Shown here in pieces: positions 30,420-41,100 of a stretch of DNA of 64,000 nucleotides (position 1 is its first letter; the number at the start of each line of letters is the position of its first letter). The notes under the pieces are model-generated. The model had not been told where the DNA came from. It ran no database searches and was given only the letters and a program-made list of their open reading frames with translations. This DNA comes from Minisyncoccota bacterium (GTDB lineage: Bacteria > Patescibacteriota > Minisyncoccia > JAHIHE01 > JAGLIN01): positions 392 to 64,391 of the forward strand of contig JAQVBZ010000006.1 of the NCBI GenBank assembly GCA_028690055.1. The letters are read 5' to 3'. Position numbers and translations under genes: made by a program.

Positions 30420-31334
30420 TTATTTGATTTTTAGAAAGTTATAAACACTGCTTGTGCCGATCATCCCTTCCGAGCTAGCTGAAAGAACTTGCCGGATACC
30501 ATTAGAGCCGCTGCTCACATCTCCCGCAGCATAAAGGCCCGCAACATCCGTAGCGCCTGCGGCATCCACCACAATGTGCCCCAGAGCGTCGATATCCACC
30601 CCCAAATCCTTCAGAAGCACTCCATTCGGAATCATGCCGATTTCCACAAAGAGTCCGTCGAGCGGAAGTTCTTTACTGCCTTCATATTCTTTATCCAGGA
30701 GAATCTTTTCAACTCTCTTGTCGCCTTTGACCTCCTCAATATTAAATCCCGCGATTATGGTTATCTTCGAATTAGCCTTCGCTCTTTCCAACATCACCGG
30801 TTCCGCCCTGAAATTATCATTGCGATGAATAAGATACACTTTATCAGCATGCTCGGAAAGCATCAATGCCGCCATTACCGCCGAATTGCCGCCGCCGGCT
30901 ACCGCCACTGTTTTATTCTTGAAAAAAGCGGCATCGCAAATGGCACAATAGCTCACACCGCGACCCAAAAATTCTTCCTCGCCCGGAATACCCAGCCTCC
31001 GTTCCTTGGTACCGGAACAAATGATTACGGCACGGGACTCCAGTGTCTTATCTTGCGAGGTTTTTATCTTGAAAATATCCCCTTCTTTTTCGATAGCCAC
31101 CATATTCTCCGCAAGGATCTCCCCACCCAAACCTTTGGCTTGCTCGGAAAATTTATTAAGCAAATCAAAACCGCCGATAGATTTTTCCCCCGGCCAATTC
31201 TCAATCAAGTGTGCCTTACCCAAGGCACTGCCACACATATCTCCCAAAACCAGATGATTTATCTTGTATCGTGAAGCGTAGATGGAGGCGGTAAGACCGG
31301 CCGGCCCCGCACCCACTATTATTAAATCGTACAT
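30420..31334 (-). CDS. trxB: thioredoxin reductase
   Basis: GAGPAG, GRGVSYCAICD, GGGNSA. Confidence 0.92.
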   Translation of the reverse strand: MYDLIIVGAGPAGLTASIYASRYKINHLVLGDMCGSALGKAHLIENWPGEKSIGGFDLLNKFSEQAKGLGGEILAENMVAIEKEGDIFKIKTSQDKTLESRAVIICSGTKERRLGIPGEEEFLGRGVSYCAICDAAFFKNKTVAVAGGGNSAVMAALMLSEHADKVYLIHRNDNFRAEPVMLERAKANSKITIIAGFNIEEVKGDKRVEKILLDKEYEGSKELPLDGLFVEIGMIPNGVLLKDLGVDIDALGHIVVDAAGATDVAGLYAAGDVSSGSNGIRQVLSASSEGMIGTSSVYNFLKIK

Positions 31335-31571
31335 AATTTTCTTATTTACTTTTTATAGCAAAAGGAGGAACATCTTCGGACAAGCAAGGGTCACAAAAGA
31401 TGATTCCTCCAAAAAACACTTTTAGCTTGTCATAGCTGAAGACAGATATTTTATCGTGTCATCTCCCGATCAGGTCGAGGGCAGGCTCTGATAAGGTACC
31501 TAAAAACCCAGACTGTCCCACGTAGTAACATGATCCCTCTCTTGGCGTATGATTGATTGAAAGGTTTCTCT

Positions 31572-31772
<201 letters not shown>

Positions 31773-31821
31773 TTATCTATTAATTAAACACAACAGGCTC
31801 GCCACCCGCACCAATATCCGC

Positions 31822-32145
31822 CTACTCCGCAATCAGGCTCTTGATTTTCTCCGCCAGTATCTCTCTGGGCTGCAACCCTACCATTTCATCGACAATCTTC
31901 CCTTGCTTGAAAAACTTTAGCGCGGGAATACTCAGAATCTCATATTCAGCGGAAATATTCGGATTATCGTCAACGTTAACTTTACGCACTGAGATCTTTC
32001 CTTCAAATTCCTTTGCCATATCTTCCAATATGGGACCCATCATCTTGCACGGCCCGCACCAAGGAGCCCAAAAATCCACCAGTACCACGCCTTCATTTTG
32101 TAAGACCTCCCGATCGAAGCTCTCTTCGTTTATGTCCATTGCCAT
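31822..32145 (-). CDS. trxA: thioredoxin
   Basis: WAPWCGPC. Confidence 0.95.
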   Translation of the reverse strand: MAMDINEESFDREVLQNEGVVLVDFWAPWCGPCKMMGPILEDMAKEFEGKISVRKVNVDDNPNISAEYEILSIPALKFFKQGKIVDEMVGLQPREILAEKIKSLIAE

Positions 32146-32306
32146 ATTTTTTATCCTTCCTTAGATTTCAGCTTTCAATGATTCACTCGCGCCATTCTCT
32201 CTGTATCATTAAGACGCAAATACTTTGTAAAACTGAAACCCATATTAAAATTGATTAAACTATGATATAATTCATATAAACTAATAATATAATATTTGAG
32301 AAAAAG

Positions 32307-33371
32307 ATGCAAACGAAAAAAAAAGTCGTGATAGTGGGTGCGGGACCGGCAGGACTTGGTGCGGCTTCAGAACTTGCGCGAAATGAAAGTTTTGAGGTCA
32401 TAGTTCTGGAAAGAAATTCCGAACCGAGCTACAAAGTCTGCGGTGGCGGCATCCATCCCGATTTTATCAAAGATTTCGTTTCACAGGATGTACTGGACCG
32501 AGAATTTGAAAAAATCTTGATCAAAACCCCACGCAGCACCTATACCATGAAATATGACAAAAACATTTTTATGGGAACTTTGAATCGCAAGAAGCTTAAT
32601 GAGGAATTGACGAAAAAGGCGGAAAAGGCGGGAGCTCAAGTTCTTTTCGGTAAAGCCGTGAAAGAGATCCAAAAGGATAAGGTTCTGACCACGAACGGCG
32701 AAGAATTTTCCTTCGACTATCTCATCGGCGCGGATGGAGCCACTTCCGTAGTACGCAAAAGTCTGAATATTCCCACCGAAAACTTTATAATCACTTACCA
32801 GTATATAATTCCGGGTGATTATGAAAACGTCGAAATCCATGTCGACTTCAAAAAATTCGGCATCACTTACAGCTGGATATTCCCGCAAAAAGGCGTTATC
32901 TCCGTCGGTACCGGCTACAGCTCGGCAGAAGAAAAGTCGCCGGGAGATGTAAAAAAACTACGCGAGAATTTCGATGCCTGGTGCAAAGAACGTTTCTCTC
33001 TGGAGGGTGCTCGTTTTGAAGGCTTCACTATCAATTATGATTATCGCGGATTCGAGTTCGGCAATGTGTACCTCTGCGGAGACGCAGGCGGTTTCGCTTC
33101 CGGTTTTACCGGTGAAGGGATGAAACCGGCCATCCTTACTGGCATCGATGTAGCACGCAAGATTCAGGACCCGAATTATAAATGTATAAATGTAGAAGCT
33201 TACCTGGCTATAAAGAAAAGGGAAGAAGGTATCTTAAAATTGCTTATCAGCCGCCCTTGGGGAAGACTCTTTACCCCCATCGCCGCTCATCTCGCTAATT
33301 CAAACTGGATTAAAAAGATGCTATTCAAGTTCATCGATATGTCTTCAAAAATGAAAAATACCGGCCCATAA
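32307..33371 (+). CDS. FAD-dependent oxidoreductase, geranylgeranyl reductase-like
   Basis: GAGPAG, KVCGGG, GADG..S, YSWIFP, GDAGG...TGEGM. Confidence 0.85.
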   Translation: MQTKKKVVIVGAGPAGLGAASELARNESFEVIVLERNSEPSYKVCGGGIHPDFIKDFVSQDVLDREFEKILIKTPRSTYTMKYDKNIFMGTLNRKKLNEELTKKAEKAGAQVLFGKAVKEIQKDKVLTTNGEEFSFDYLIGADGATSVVRKSLNIPTENFIITYQYIIPGDYENVEIHVDFKKFGITYSWIFPQKGVISVGTGYSSAEEKSPGDVKKLRENFDAWCKERFSLEGARFEGFTINYDYRGFEFGNVYLCGDAGGFASGFTGEGMKPAILTGIDVARKIQDPNYKCINVEAYLAIKKREEGILKLLISRPWGRLFTPIAAHLANSNWIKKMLFKFIDMSSKMKNTGP

Positions 33372-33383
33372 AGCCGGTTTTTT
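33355..33383. terminator. bidirectional intrinsic terminator between convergent genes
   Basis: aaaaataccggc-ccataaa-gccggtttttt. Confidence 0.65.
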
Positions 33384-33440
33384 AATACCATAACAGAAAA
33401 GATTTGGGGAAGGTGTCGTCGCGAGGAACTACTTGCAGCT

Positions 33441-34349
33441 TTATCCCCCAAACAGCTCCGTACTCAGATATCTTTCTCCCGAATCAGCCAAGAGAGTTAC
33501 AATCCTCTTGCCTTTACCCAGTTCCTTGGCCTTGCAGACTGCCACATACATCGCCGCGCCAGCGCTCATTCCCGCGAGAATTCCCTCTTCACGCGCCAAC
33601 CTTCGAGAGAATTCGTAAGTGAGAGGAATCTCATCGGAGGAAAGTTCAATCATTTCGTCAAAATATTTTTCGTCGAACAATTTAGAGCCGTTAGCTTCGC
33701 GCGGATTTCTAAGCCCTTGGATGGAAGCGCCGAGCCGTGGAGTCACACCGATAATCTTGATTTCGGGATTATACGCTTTGAGCTTGCGTGAAATGCCGAT
33801 TCCAGTCCCCGCCGTTCCCACCGCGATAACCACCATATCAATTCTACCTTCCGTGTCCTGCCAGATTTCTTCGGCTGTAGTTTCGAAATGCGCCGCAATA
33901 TTGGCAGGATTTTCATGCTGATCCACGGCAATATATTTTTCAGGATTTTTTGCAATCATTTCTTTCTTGAGCGCGATTGATCCCCCAGTACCCTGATCGG
34001 CAGGCGACAAGATAAGTTCCGCACCATAAGCTTTGATAATTTTTCTCCGTTCCTCGCTCACCCCCGCCGGCATCACGATTGTGATTTTATATCCTTTCAT
34101 TGCCCCAATCATAGAGAGGGCGATTCCGGTACTGCCTGAAGTGGCCTCAATGATGGTCCTGTCTTTGATGTCGGGATATTTTTTTTCCGCGTCCATAATA
34201 AGGTAAAGCCCCAGCCGATCCTTCACAGACCCGCCGACATTCAGCTTCTCCAGTTTGACCAAGATTTCCGCATCCTCGGACTCTGTTATTTTGTTGATTC
34301 GAACCAGCGGCGTATGACCGATCAGATCCAAAATGCTGTTATAAATCAT
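33441..34349 (-). CDS. cysK: cysteine synthase (PLP-dependent, CysK/CysM family)
   Basis: IGHTPLV, GGSVKDR (PLP Lys), EATSG, GTAGT, DSGERYLST. Confidence 0.9.
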   Translation of the reverse strand: MIYNSILDLIGHTPLVRINKITESEDAEILVKLEKLNVGGSVKDRLGLYLIMDAEKKYPDIKDRTIIEATSGSTGIALSMIGAMKGYKITIVMPAGVSEERRKIIKAYGAELILSPADQGTGGSIALKKEMIAKNPEKYIAVDQHENPANIAAHFETTAEEIWQDTEGRIDMVVIAVGTAGTGIGISRKLKAYNPEIKIIGVTPRLGASIQGLRNPREANGSKLFDEKYFDEMIELSSDEIPLTYEFSRRLAREEGILAGMSAGAAMYVAVCKAKELGKGKRIVTLLADSGERYLSTELFGG

Positions 34350-34381
34350 AATAAATAATTGAAAGAAATTAGAATTAGTAC

Positions 34382-34480
34382 AAAAAATCGCCCTTGAACA
34401 GGTCGACTTTGATATACAGGCAAAAGCAAAGCAACCTATCTTAAAACGGTAACCCTAAGGCAACAGACGGATTGACTTTG
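34382..34480 (-). promoter_or_regulatory. Cys-responsive transcription attenuator (segments 1-4)
   Basis: seg1 CAAAGUCAAUC (34480-34470), seg2 AUAGGUUGCUUUG (34439-34427), seg3 CAAAGUCGACCUGU (34411-34398), seg4 AGGGCGA plus U6; 1:2, 2:3 and 3:4 pairings are all possible. Confidence 0.75.
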
Positions 34481-34492
34481 TGTAGATTTCAT
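34436..34492 (-). CDS. leader peptide MKSTQSQSVCCLRVTVLR
   Basis: 18-codon ORF with tandem TGT TGC between the promoter and cysteine synthase. Confidence 0.75.
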   Translation of the reverse strand: MKSTQSQSVCCLRVTVLR

Positions 34493-34516
34493 TATTATTT
34501 GTAATCATTGGAATAA

Positions 34517-34544
34517 ATGGTAGCATTTCTGACCAATTTGTCAA
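34517..34544 (-). promoter_or_regulatory. sigma70 promoter of the cys leader
   Basis: TTGACA-16-TACCAT with extended -10 TG. Confidence 0.65.
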
Positions 34545-34811
34545 TAAAATAGGACGATACGAACACGAATCTCACAAACTCCATTTTAAATGCCCATCCA
34601 TATTTCTGCCATACCGCCCCCCATTTTGTCTAAATAAACACCTCTTATATATATCACACTATTTTTGAATACAGTGAAGAGATAAACTATCGCCACGCAG
34701 AAGCTTCTTGCGATTGTAACGGAGGTGACCTTACTATAATCTACCATAAATGACATTATAAGTAGATATCATTGCGAAGGTGGCAATAGTTGAGTAGCGA
34801 AAAAAGCAAAT

Positions 34812-34840
34812 AAAAAAAAGACGCGATGGGCCGACGTCTT
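34812..34840 (-). terminator. intrinsic terminator
   Basis: aagacgtcggcccatcgcgtc followed by a T8 tract on the minus strand. Confidence 0.6.
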
Positions 34841-35233
34841 CACGAAACTCGCAAAATCCAGAAAAAAGATATAAGTTTTTACAAGATTGCTTTTTGGTAA
34901 TTATCTTATATATCTCAGATTTTTTACATCATACAAAAGCTGCTATGGCAGTTATTGCCCCCAAAACACAAGCAAGCATATTAGGGACCAGCAAAAAATA
35001 ATCCTTCTTTCCATATGTATACAGACTCCAAACGGAGCCGTTTAAAGCTGTCGCAAGCGGCTGAATATATATTACTACGCCCTTGAAAGTTTGAAATCAA
35101 AATCTCAATTAAGGAAAAGAACATAATTATTGCGAGAACGGAGGCAATGCTGCCAATTTTCTTTTCGTTTTTCTACAAAAAAATCTGCAAGCGATAAGCG
35201 CGACGGCATGTCAAGATTCTTGAGTTTCGCGAT

Positions 35234-37471
35234 CTAACTGTCAAACCTGATTACCTCTCCGGGCTTGATTTCTCTCGTTTCTTTCTTGACACCACCTGCT
35301 GGAATACTCTCTGTATTGCCGGCTGATTTTTCCACTTTGGGCACGAAAACAGGCTTCGCGGCTTGCGATTTTACAACTGGAGACTTCGGTAAAATAACTT
35401 CTTGCTTTTTACCCATCCTAGGCAAAACTTCCGCTGCCTTTTTTGCTTCCTGTGTTTTCGGCTTAGTCGGTGCGGCAACAACAGTCCTCACTTCTTCCTT
35501 CCTTGTCTCCTTCGGCGCGATATCGGACGGCTCACGATAGACGATTTGTTTTTTCTGCCCCTCTGCCGCAAGTCTTTTCCTCTCGTAGAATTCAATCATC
35601 TTTTGCGGATCATAAGTGATTTTTTTCGGTTCGACTTTAGGCACAACCGTTTCCCTGACCTCTTTTTTTATAGTAGTCGCAGTCTGCACTTTCTTTTCCA
35701 CAATTACCTCCCTATCTACCACCTGAGGGGCCTCTCTTACCGGTAACGCCTCCGACTTGGGCGAGGAAGAAAGAGTGGGGGTCGGAATAGATGGAGTTGG
35801 TGGAATTGAAGCGGGTGCAACGGGTACTGGAGCGACCGGCACCGGTGCGACCACCGGCGATTGCACCGGCGACACCGATGCCGTTTCCGCTTTTATGGCA
35901 GGAGCCGCCATTTCAACCGGTGCGACAACCGGACGATCTGCTTGAGGTTGAGACGGTTTTATTCCGTCCGCGGTTTGTTGACGAACCTTCAACAGACAAT
36001 CCTTACAATAAGTCGCACGCGCTGGATCCGGCTGAAAAGGAACTTTTATGCCAGTGCCACAAGTAGAGCAAACAGCATCCCACATCTCACGATTATCCAC
36101 CCTTTCTTTTTTCTCCCCCTGAGAATTATGGTTAACTTTGATATTCTCCGGCAGAGAAGGATCAGTCCGCAGTTCACCACTCTCTTCATCTTTGACATAA
36201 CCCGACCAGCGAGCAACCTTGTCTTCCACTTCTTCTCTTTTCTTGGTATAGCGCTCGCGCGAGACTCTGACAATCTTCTCCGGATCGCTCTTAACGGTAA
36301 CTTGGATCGGCGGCAGCGAAGTGGCGCTGAAAGCATCACCCGACACCCCGTCAATCATCAATTTCAAGTACATATCATATTTCGCCAAATTAACCAAATC
36401 GTTCATCATAAAAATCGGCTCGAATTCCTTTTCCAGAAATTCCGCATCGGTAGCACCCACTCGGAAGCTGATAATAGTACCGACATTACCAAAAATAGCA
36501 TCGCTCACTGTCTCTTCCAGCTGACCGATATATTGGTGCGCCACAATCAAATCCAGACGATATTTTCTCGCCTCAGACAAAATTCCCGCAAAGGAATCCG
36601 TGGCAAAATTTTGGAACTCATCAACATAGAGATAAAAGTCTTTACGTTCTTCCTCCGGCGTGTCTACGCGCCCCATAGCCGCCAACTGGATTTTTGTAAT
36701 AAGCATCGCACCCAGCAAAGCACTGTAATCTTCTCCGATTCTTCCCTTGGAAAGATTAACGATGAGAATCTTTTTATTGTCCATGATATCCCGCATATCG
36801 ATGGAAGAGTGCGGCTGCGAAACAATGTTACGCACCAAAGAGCTCGACAAAAACTGCCCGACCTTGTTCTGAATCGGAGAAATCGCCTCAACCGTAAACT
36901 GTTTGGAATATTTCGTAAATTCATCCGTCCAAAAAGTCTTCACTACAGGGTCGGAAATCTTGCTCACCACTTTCTTACGATAATCCTCATCGATGAGCAA
37001 ACGCGGCACACCCAAAAGCGTGCTGTCCGGATATTCCAAAAGCGCCAAAATCGTATTTCTAAGGAGATACTCCAACCTAGGACCCCAAGAATCCGCCCAA
37101 ATTTTCTTGAAGACTCCGATAAGTCCGGAAGCGATCAGGTGGCGATACTTGGGATCAACGTGCTCCATCACGTTAAAAGCGATCGGATAATCTATGTCCG
37201 CCGGATTAAAATATATGACATCGTTTACTCGGTTGGCGGGAATGAAATTCAAAATCTCCTCCGCCAGATCCCCGTGCGGATCGACCACAGCCAAACCTTG
37301 ACCGCTAATGATGTCGGAGATGATCATATTTTCCAAGAGAGTTGTCTTACCCATACCGGTCTTTCCAATCACGTACATATGCCGACGGCGATCCTCACGC
37401 TTGATACCGAAGGTATGCTCCTTTCCGCGAAAATTGGTCTTACCAAAATAGGTGATATCGTTATTTTCCAT
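35234..37471 (-). CDS. CPR-type VirD4/TraG-like P-loop ATPase with CxxC-x17-CxxC domain and Pro-rich tail
   Basis: RRRHMYVIGKTGMGKT, VVDPHGD, LYVDEFQNF, SEARKY; CSTC...PFQP...YCKDC. Confidence 0.88.
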   Translation of the reverse strand: MENNDITYFGKTNFRGKEHTFGIKREDRRRHMYVIGKTGMGKTTLLENMIISDIISGQGLAVVDPHGDLAEEILNFIPANRVNDVIYFNPADIDYPIAFNVMEHVDPKYRHLIASGLIGVFKKIWADSWGPRLEYLLRNTILALLEYPDSTLLGVPRLLIDEDYRKKVVSKISDPVVKTFWTDEFTKYSKQFTVEAISPIQNKVGQFLSSSLVRNIVSQPHSSIDMRDIMDNKKILIVNLSKGRIGEDYSALLGAMLITKIQLAAMGRVDTPEEERKDFYLYVDEFQNFATDSFAGILSEARKYRLDLIVAHQYIGQLEETVSDAIFGNVGTIISFRVGATDAEFLEKEFEPIFMMNDLVNLAKYDMYLKLMIDGVSGDAFSATSLPPIQVTVKSDPEKIVRVSRERYTKKREEVEDKVARWSGYVKDEESGELRTDPSLPENIKVNHNSQGEKKERVDNREMWDAVCSTCGTGIKVPFQPDPARATYCKDCLLKVRQQTADGIKPSQPQADRPVVAPVEMAAPAIKAETASVSPVQSPVVAPVPVAPVPVAPASIPPTPSIPTPTLSSSPKSEALPVREAPQVVDREVIVEKKVQTATTIKKEVRETVVPKVEPKKITYDPQKMIEFYERKRLAAEGQKKQIVYREPSDIAPKETRKEEVRTVVAAPTKPKTQEAKKAAEVLPRMGKKQEVILPKSPVVKSQAAKPVFVPKVEKSAGNTESIPAGGVKKETREIKPGEVIRFDS

Positions 37472-37659
37472 AATTTTGTTTATTTAAATATTCCCCCTCC
37501 TTTTATTTTACCCTTATTTTCATCAATCGGAAATATTACCGACCCATCCGCTTCTTTATCATGGCTTATTTTATTACCTTTGATATTTTACAGCCCCCCA
37601 CCTAAAGAGAGAAATAAACACGAAACCGTATCAGATTTCGCCAATAAGCCGTAAGCCAA

Positions 37660-38925
37660 CTAAATGGGCAAAGTGGAAGGAGGTTTGCCTTTTTTAGCTT
37701 CCACTTTCGGCACCACCGAACCTCTGACTTCCTTGGTTGGGAAATGAAAAAGGGTCGCCAGTTCATCGGAAGTCAGTATGAAACTCTGAACATCCAAAAT
37801 CCGAGCTTTATATCTTCTGAGCACGGATTTTTTCTTTATCGCTTTTCTATAATCCGGAAAGAAATAGTAAGCGCTGGTTTTGGTCCGCCCGTCCGGCCTA
37901 AAACTGTTTATCATATCGTTGCCGAATTGCGTGAAGTATGAGAAGAAAATAGAATTAGCTCTTCCCTTATTGAAAACTTTGCGCTGTGCGGCATAAACGT
38001 AACGGATATCGGTTTCAAATCCCGGCCTCATCAATTTCTCATCAATAGCATCAATGACCGCCTTTTCCCCGGAAGACAGACGCATCATCATACCGAGAGG
38101 ATCGCTCTTCTTCTCTTCCGCCGCTGAAGTACTGGCGCTGAACATACCGGAAAGAACTTTACCTATTTCACTGAGCATATCTTTCAAAAATCCCGGTGCA
38201 GGTTCTTTTACTTCCCTTCCCGCCAATTTTAGGACTATATTCTTGCCTGCTTCTTTCCACTTATCACTAGTCGGACGCACCAAAATCTGAATCCAGATCT
38301 GTTCGTCTGGTCCGATCTTATTGACACCTTCCACAATATTTCCCAACGGATCGATGTACTCTCCCGAACCCTGATCCTCAAACTCTTTCCAAGTCCGGAT
38401 AGGATATGCGCTATCTCTGGCCAGTTTCATATCCGTCCCCCATATGTCATATTCGTCGTTAGGAACATCATCCGGCACACTGGTAACGTATTCACTCACC
38501 TCATTTATTTCCGCATCCGGGTATTGGGCATATATCTGCGACTCTACTATATCCCTATGCATATCTATCGTTCGGATATAAAAATGCACGTCACCCTCGA
38601 AGCTGACGATTTCAAAACTGAACCAAGAATCAACGACACCACTCAGATAGATATCGTAAAGGGTATCGATGGCCACGTCATACACACTCGCCAAGCCGGA
38701 AAAAAATTCCTCCATCGCTTTCGGACGGATTTCTATGCCGGCGGGAACTTTGACCTCCAGAATATTCCACTTCAGATTCCTGATATATTTTTCCTGCACA
38801 TAAATTACCCAAAATCCCTGGAATATCGGCCACAAAAAATAAAACGTAAAAAACCACCAGTACTCGATGTAAACACTGATTGCCCCCTTGATGGATTCAT
38901 CAAGAATAACAGAAAAACTTACCAT
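37660..38925 (-). CDS. conserved CPR membrane-anchored protein, usual partner of the T4SS-like ATPase
   Basis: N-terminal TM, FSFEIVS, IYAQYPDAEI, ELATLFHFP, PPSTLP end. Confidence 0.75.
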   Translation of the reverse strand: MVSFSVILDESIKGAISVYIEYWWFFTFYFLWPIFQGFWVIYVQEKYIRNLKWNILEVKVPAGIEIRPKAMEEFFSGLASVYDVAIDTLYDIYLSGVVDSWFSFEIVSFEGDVHFYIRTIDMHRDIVESQIYAQYPDAEINEVSEYVTSVPDDVPNDEYDIWGTDMKLARDSAYPIRTWKEFEDQGSGEYIDPLGNIVEGVNKIGPDEQIWIQILVRPTSDKWKEAGKNIVLKLAGREVKEPAPGFLKDMLSEIGKVLSGMFSASTSAAEEKKSDPLGMMMRLSSGEKAVIDAIDEKLMRPGFETDIRYVYAAQRKVFNKGRANSIFFSYFTQFGNDMINSFRPDGRTKTSAYYFFPDYRKAIKKKSVLRRYKARILDVQSFILTSDELATLFHFPTKEVRGSVVPKVEAKKGKPPSTLPI

Positions 38926-38943
38926 ATTTGTTTTATGCCTAAA

Positions 38944-40011
38944 TTATTTCAGGCGATAGACTTTGTTCGGGAGTTTCTCAAAATTTTTCTTGTTCTGCAG
39001 ATTGAGGACGACAGTATTTCTCTTGACTTGTCTTCGTCCCATAACCTCTTTGATAATTTCCTCCTGATCCATTGTCCCACCTTTTTCTTTCATTATTTCC
39101 ATTATAACATCAAGTACCACTCCAGGTCTATAACCCCATTCCTTCAGAGCGTAAATTCCGCGTCCGATCAGCACAAAACGGACATCCTTGATAAGCTCAT
39201 TGTGGACAGTTTGATTGTTGGTCGGTTTCTTGCTCGTCCAAAAACCGTTGATTTTGCCGGTAATTTCCGTAAAGTGCAGTGGCTTATCTTCTCGCTTGAG
39301 CGCGAGATAAGCCTTGTCTTTGACACTCTTAGGGTTGATATGCGGCCATTTGTGATGTCCCCACTGCCCGAGAATATTTTCCAACACGAGCTTGTTCACG
39401 TCCAGATAGGAACGGATCGACTCGTGCGAAAATTCATTCATACCTTCTTTCTTCACGCTCTTGCGCGCCAGCTCCACCAATTCATTGAAGCTTAGGCTCT
39501 TTTTGGTTGTCCGAAAATAATCTTCCAAAATCTCCAAGGTCTTTTCAAAAATCTCCACACCACTCGTTTCATAAAAATAAAATTTCTTATGACTCAGGCC
39601 CTCCTTGGATTTCTGGATAGACGGATCCAGGTCCAAAAGTAAAACAACAATCTGCTTGTTCAGATTTTTATCTCCTCCATCAAAAAGACATTTGACCAAC
39701 CGATCTTCTCCGACCAATCCGCCACTTTCCTCGATGACATTCTTTACATAATCGAACACCCTCTCCAAATCATACTTCACGACATTCGCCTTGAGTTTGG
39801 CGATAGATTCCGTTTCAATCTGCCTGACCCGCTCGCGGGTAATATCATACTCCTTGCCGATCCGATCCAGCGTCTGTACACCTTTGCTATCAAGATTGTA
39901 TCTCTTGATAATAACATTGCGTTGTCTGTCGCTCAATACTTTGAGCATATCAAAAACCAACTTGTTAAGGTCGATTTTTAAATCGCCTTTTCCTTCTAAT
40001 CGCTTGTTCAT
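38944..40011 (-). CDS. sigma factor region-4-like HTH protein with C-terminal winged-HTH (HARE-HTH-like)
   Basis: TLDRIGKEYDITRERVRQIE; PLHFTEI, TVHNELIKD.RFVLIGRGIYALKEWGY. Confidence 0.85.
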   Translation of the reverse strand: MNKRLEGKGDLKIDLNKLVFDMLKVLSDRQRNVIIKRYNLDSKGVQTLDRIGKEYDITRERVRQIETESIAKLKANVVKYDLERVFDYVKNVIEESGGLVGEDRLVKCLFDGGDKNLNKQIVVLLLDLDPSIQKSKEGLSHKKFYFYETSGVEIFEKTLEILEDYFRTTKKSLSFNELVELARKSVKKEGMNEFSHESIRSYLDVNKLVLENILGQWGHHKWPHINPKSVKDKAYLALKREDKPLHFTEITGKINGFWTSKKPTNNQTVHNELIKDVRFVLIGRGIYALKEWGYRPGVVLDVIMEIMKEKGGTMDQEEIIKEVMGRRQVKRNTVVLNLQNKKNFEKLPNKVYRLK

Positions 40012-40212
40012 ATGTTTTATAATTTATCCTTTAATATCAAAAATAGTACTGCCATAATATATCACGATTAAAAAGAGGTGTCAAGCTTTTGCAATTTAAG
40101 AAACGCATTATACCATTTTTGCAAAATATTATTTTAATCAAAAATACCATTCCGTCTTGTTCGAAATGCGTACTAGCCCGAAGGATTCGGAGAGTAAATA
40201 AGATATTACATC

Positions 40213-40346
40213 TACATGGAGTAGCGGGATTTATCCCGCGCGGCTATCACAAGCCGATAAATGCGCTATATACATTCCTTTTTTCCTGCGTGGAACAACT
40301 GCGCAGACTGAAGTCTGCTACTCCATTTTATATATCAACCAGTGAG
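40213..40346. repeat. left arm of a 134-bp inverted repeat containing a GTAG REPIN (40217-40325)
   Basis: reverse-complement match to 41101-41234. Confidence 0.85.
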
Positions 40347-40597
40347 GAGAAGAAATAAAGAATATTTAAATCTTATGTGGACCGGGTCTGGAGACCACGC
40401 TCCGGCAAACGCAAAAAAACAGCGAACCCGAAGATCTGCTGTTTTTATGCGGGAGCAGATTTGAATCTACTCCATCTCTGCGCGGGAACAGGCTTAAACC
40501 TGTTCTTTCTCTTAAACGCCTACAAACTTTCGATTGAAGACTTTTCCAAAACCGCAAAGGTTTGTGGGTTTGGAAAAAGATTTAGGGAGGGCAGTTA

Positions 40598-40874
40598 TTA
40601 TACCCCAAACCTCCCCAATTGCGTTTTTTTAATTGCTACATTTTTGAAAGCTTTCATCGGAATACTATATACTTTTGGGTCCTCGCAAGTTAGTATCAAG
40701 CTCCGAAGCTCCTTATTGTTGTATGCAAGAGATAAATAATATCCGTTTGCACACACTATGATTACAGTTCCTATGGGAATGGGAAGTTCGTTGACCCATT
40801 GAACATTTTTCTCTTCTATCTCCACTCCTTCTTCCAAAAAAACCCTTTACATCTTCTACAGTAAAAAAATTCAT
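40598..40874 (-). pseudogene. orphan gene frameshifted in a T7 run (40836-40842)
   Basis: AAGGAGG RBS, then ATG 40874 MNFFTVEDVKGF; removing one T joins LEEGVEIEEK... to give 91 aa. Confidence 0.6.
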
Positions 40875-41100
40875 AATTCTCCTCCTTTTAGGTGTTTTTT
40901 TGTTTCTATTATTTTATTCTTTTTGACTTAAGAGCTTAACCGTAATATTTTACAATTAAATCCTTAATCAAAGATTTTTTTAAAAAGCTCTCCTTACTAA
41001 ACCAGGGAGGATAACGAAGGCGATTTTGTTTTTTCTTTCGGCGATGGGAAACTATAATATAATTTATGTCCCGAACGATTAAACTCTCTCCTTCGTAATT

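Noticed and set aside
31335-31571. Attenuator or riboswitch upstream of trxB
   Set aside because: Only one hairpin plus T4 (~31361-31410) and a repeat fragment; no informative leader peptide or recognisable aptamer.
35861-37654. Long plus-strand ORF (597 aa) and similar ones (1826-3010, 12904-13749, 15159-15977, 38524-39495)
   Set aside because: Antisense shadows of well-supported genes, with no recognisable motifs.
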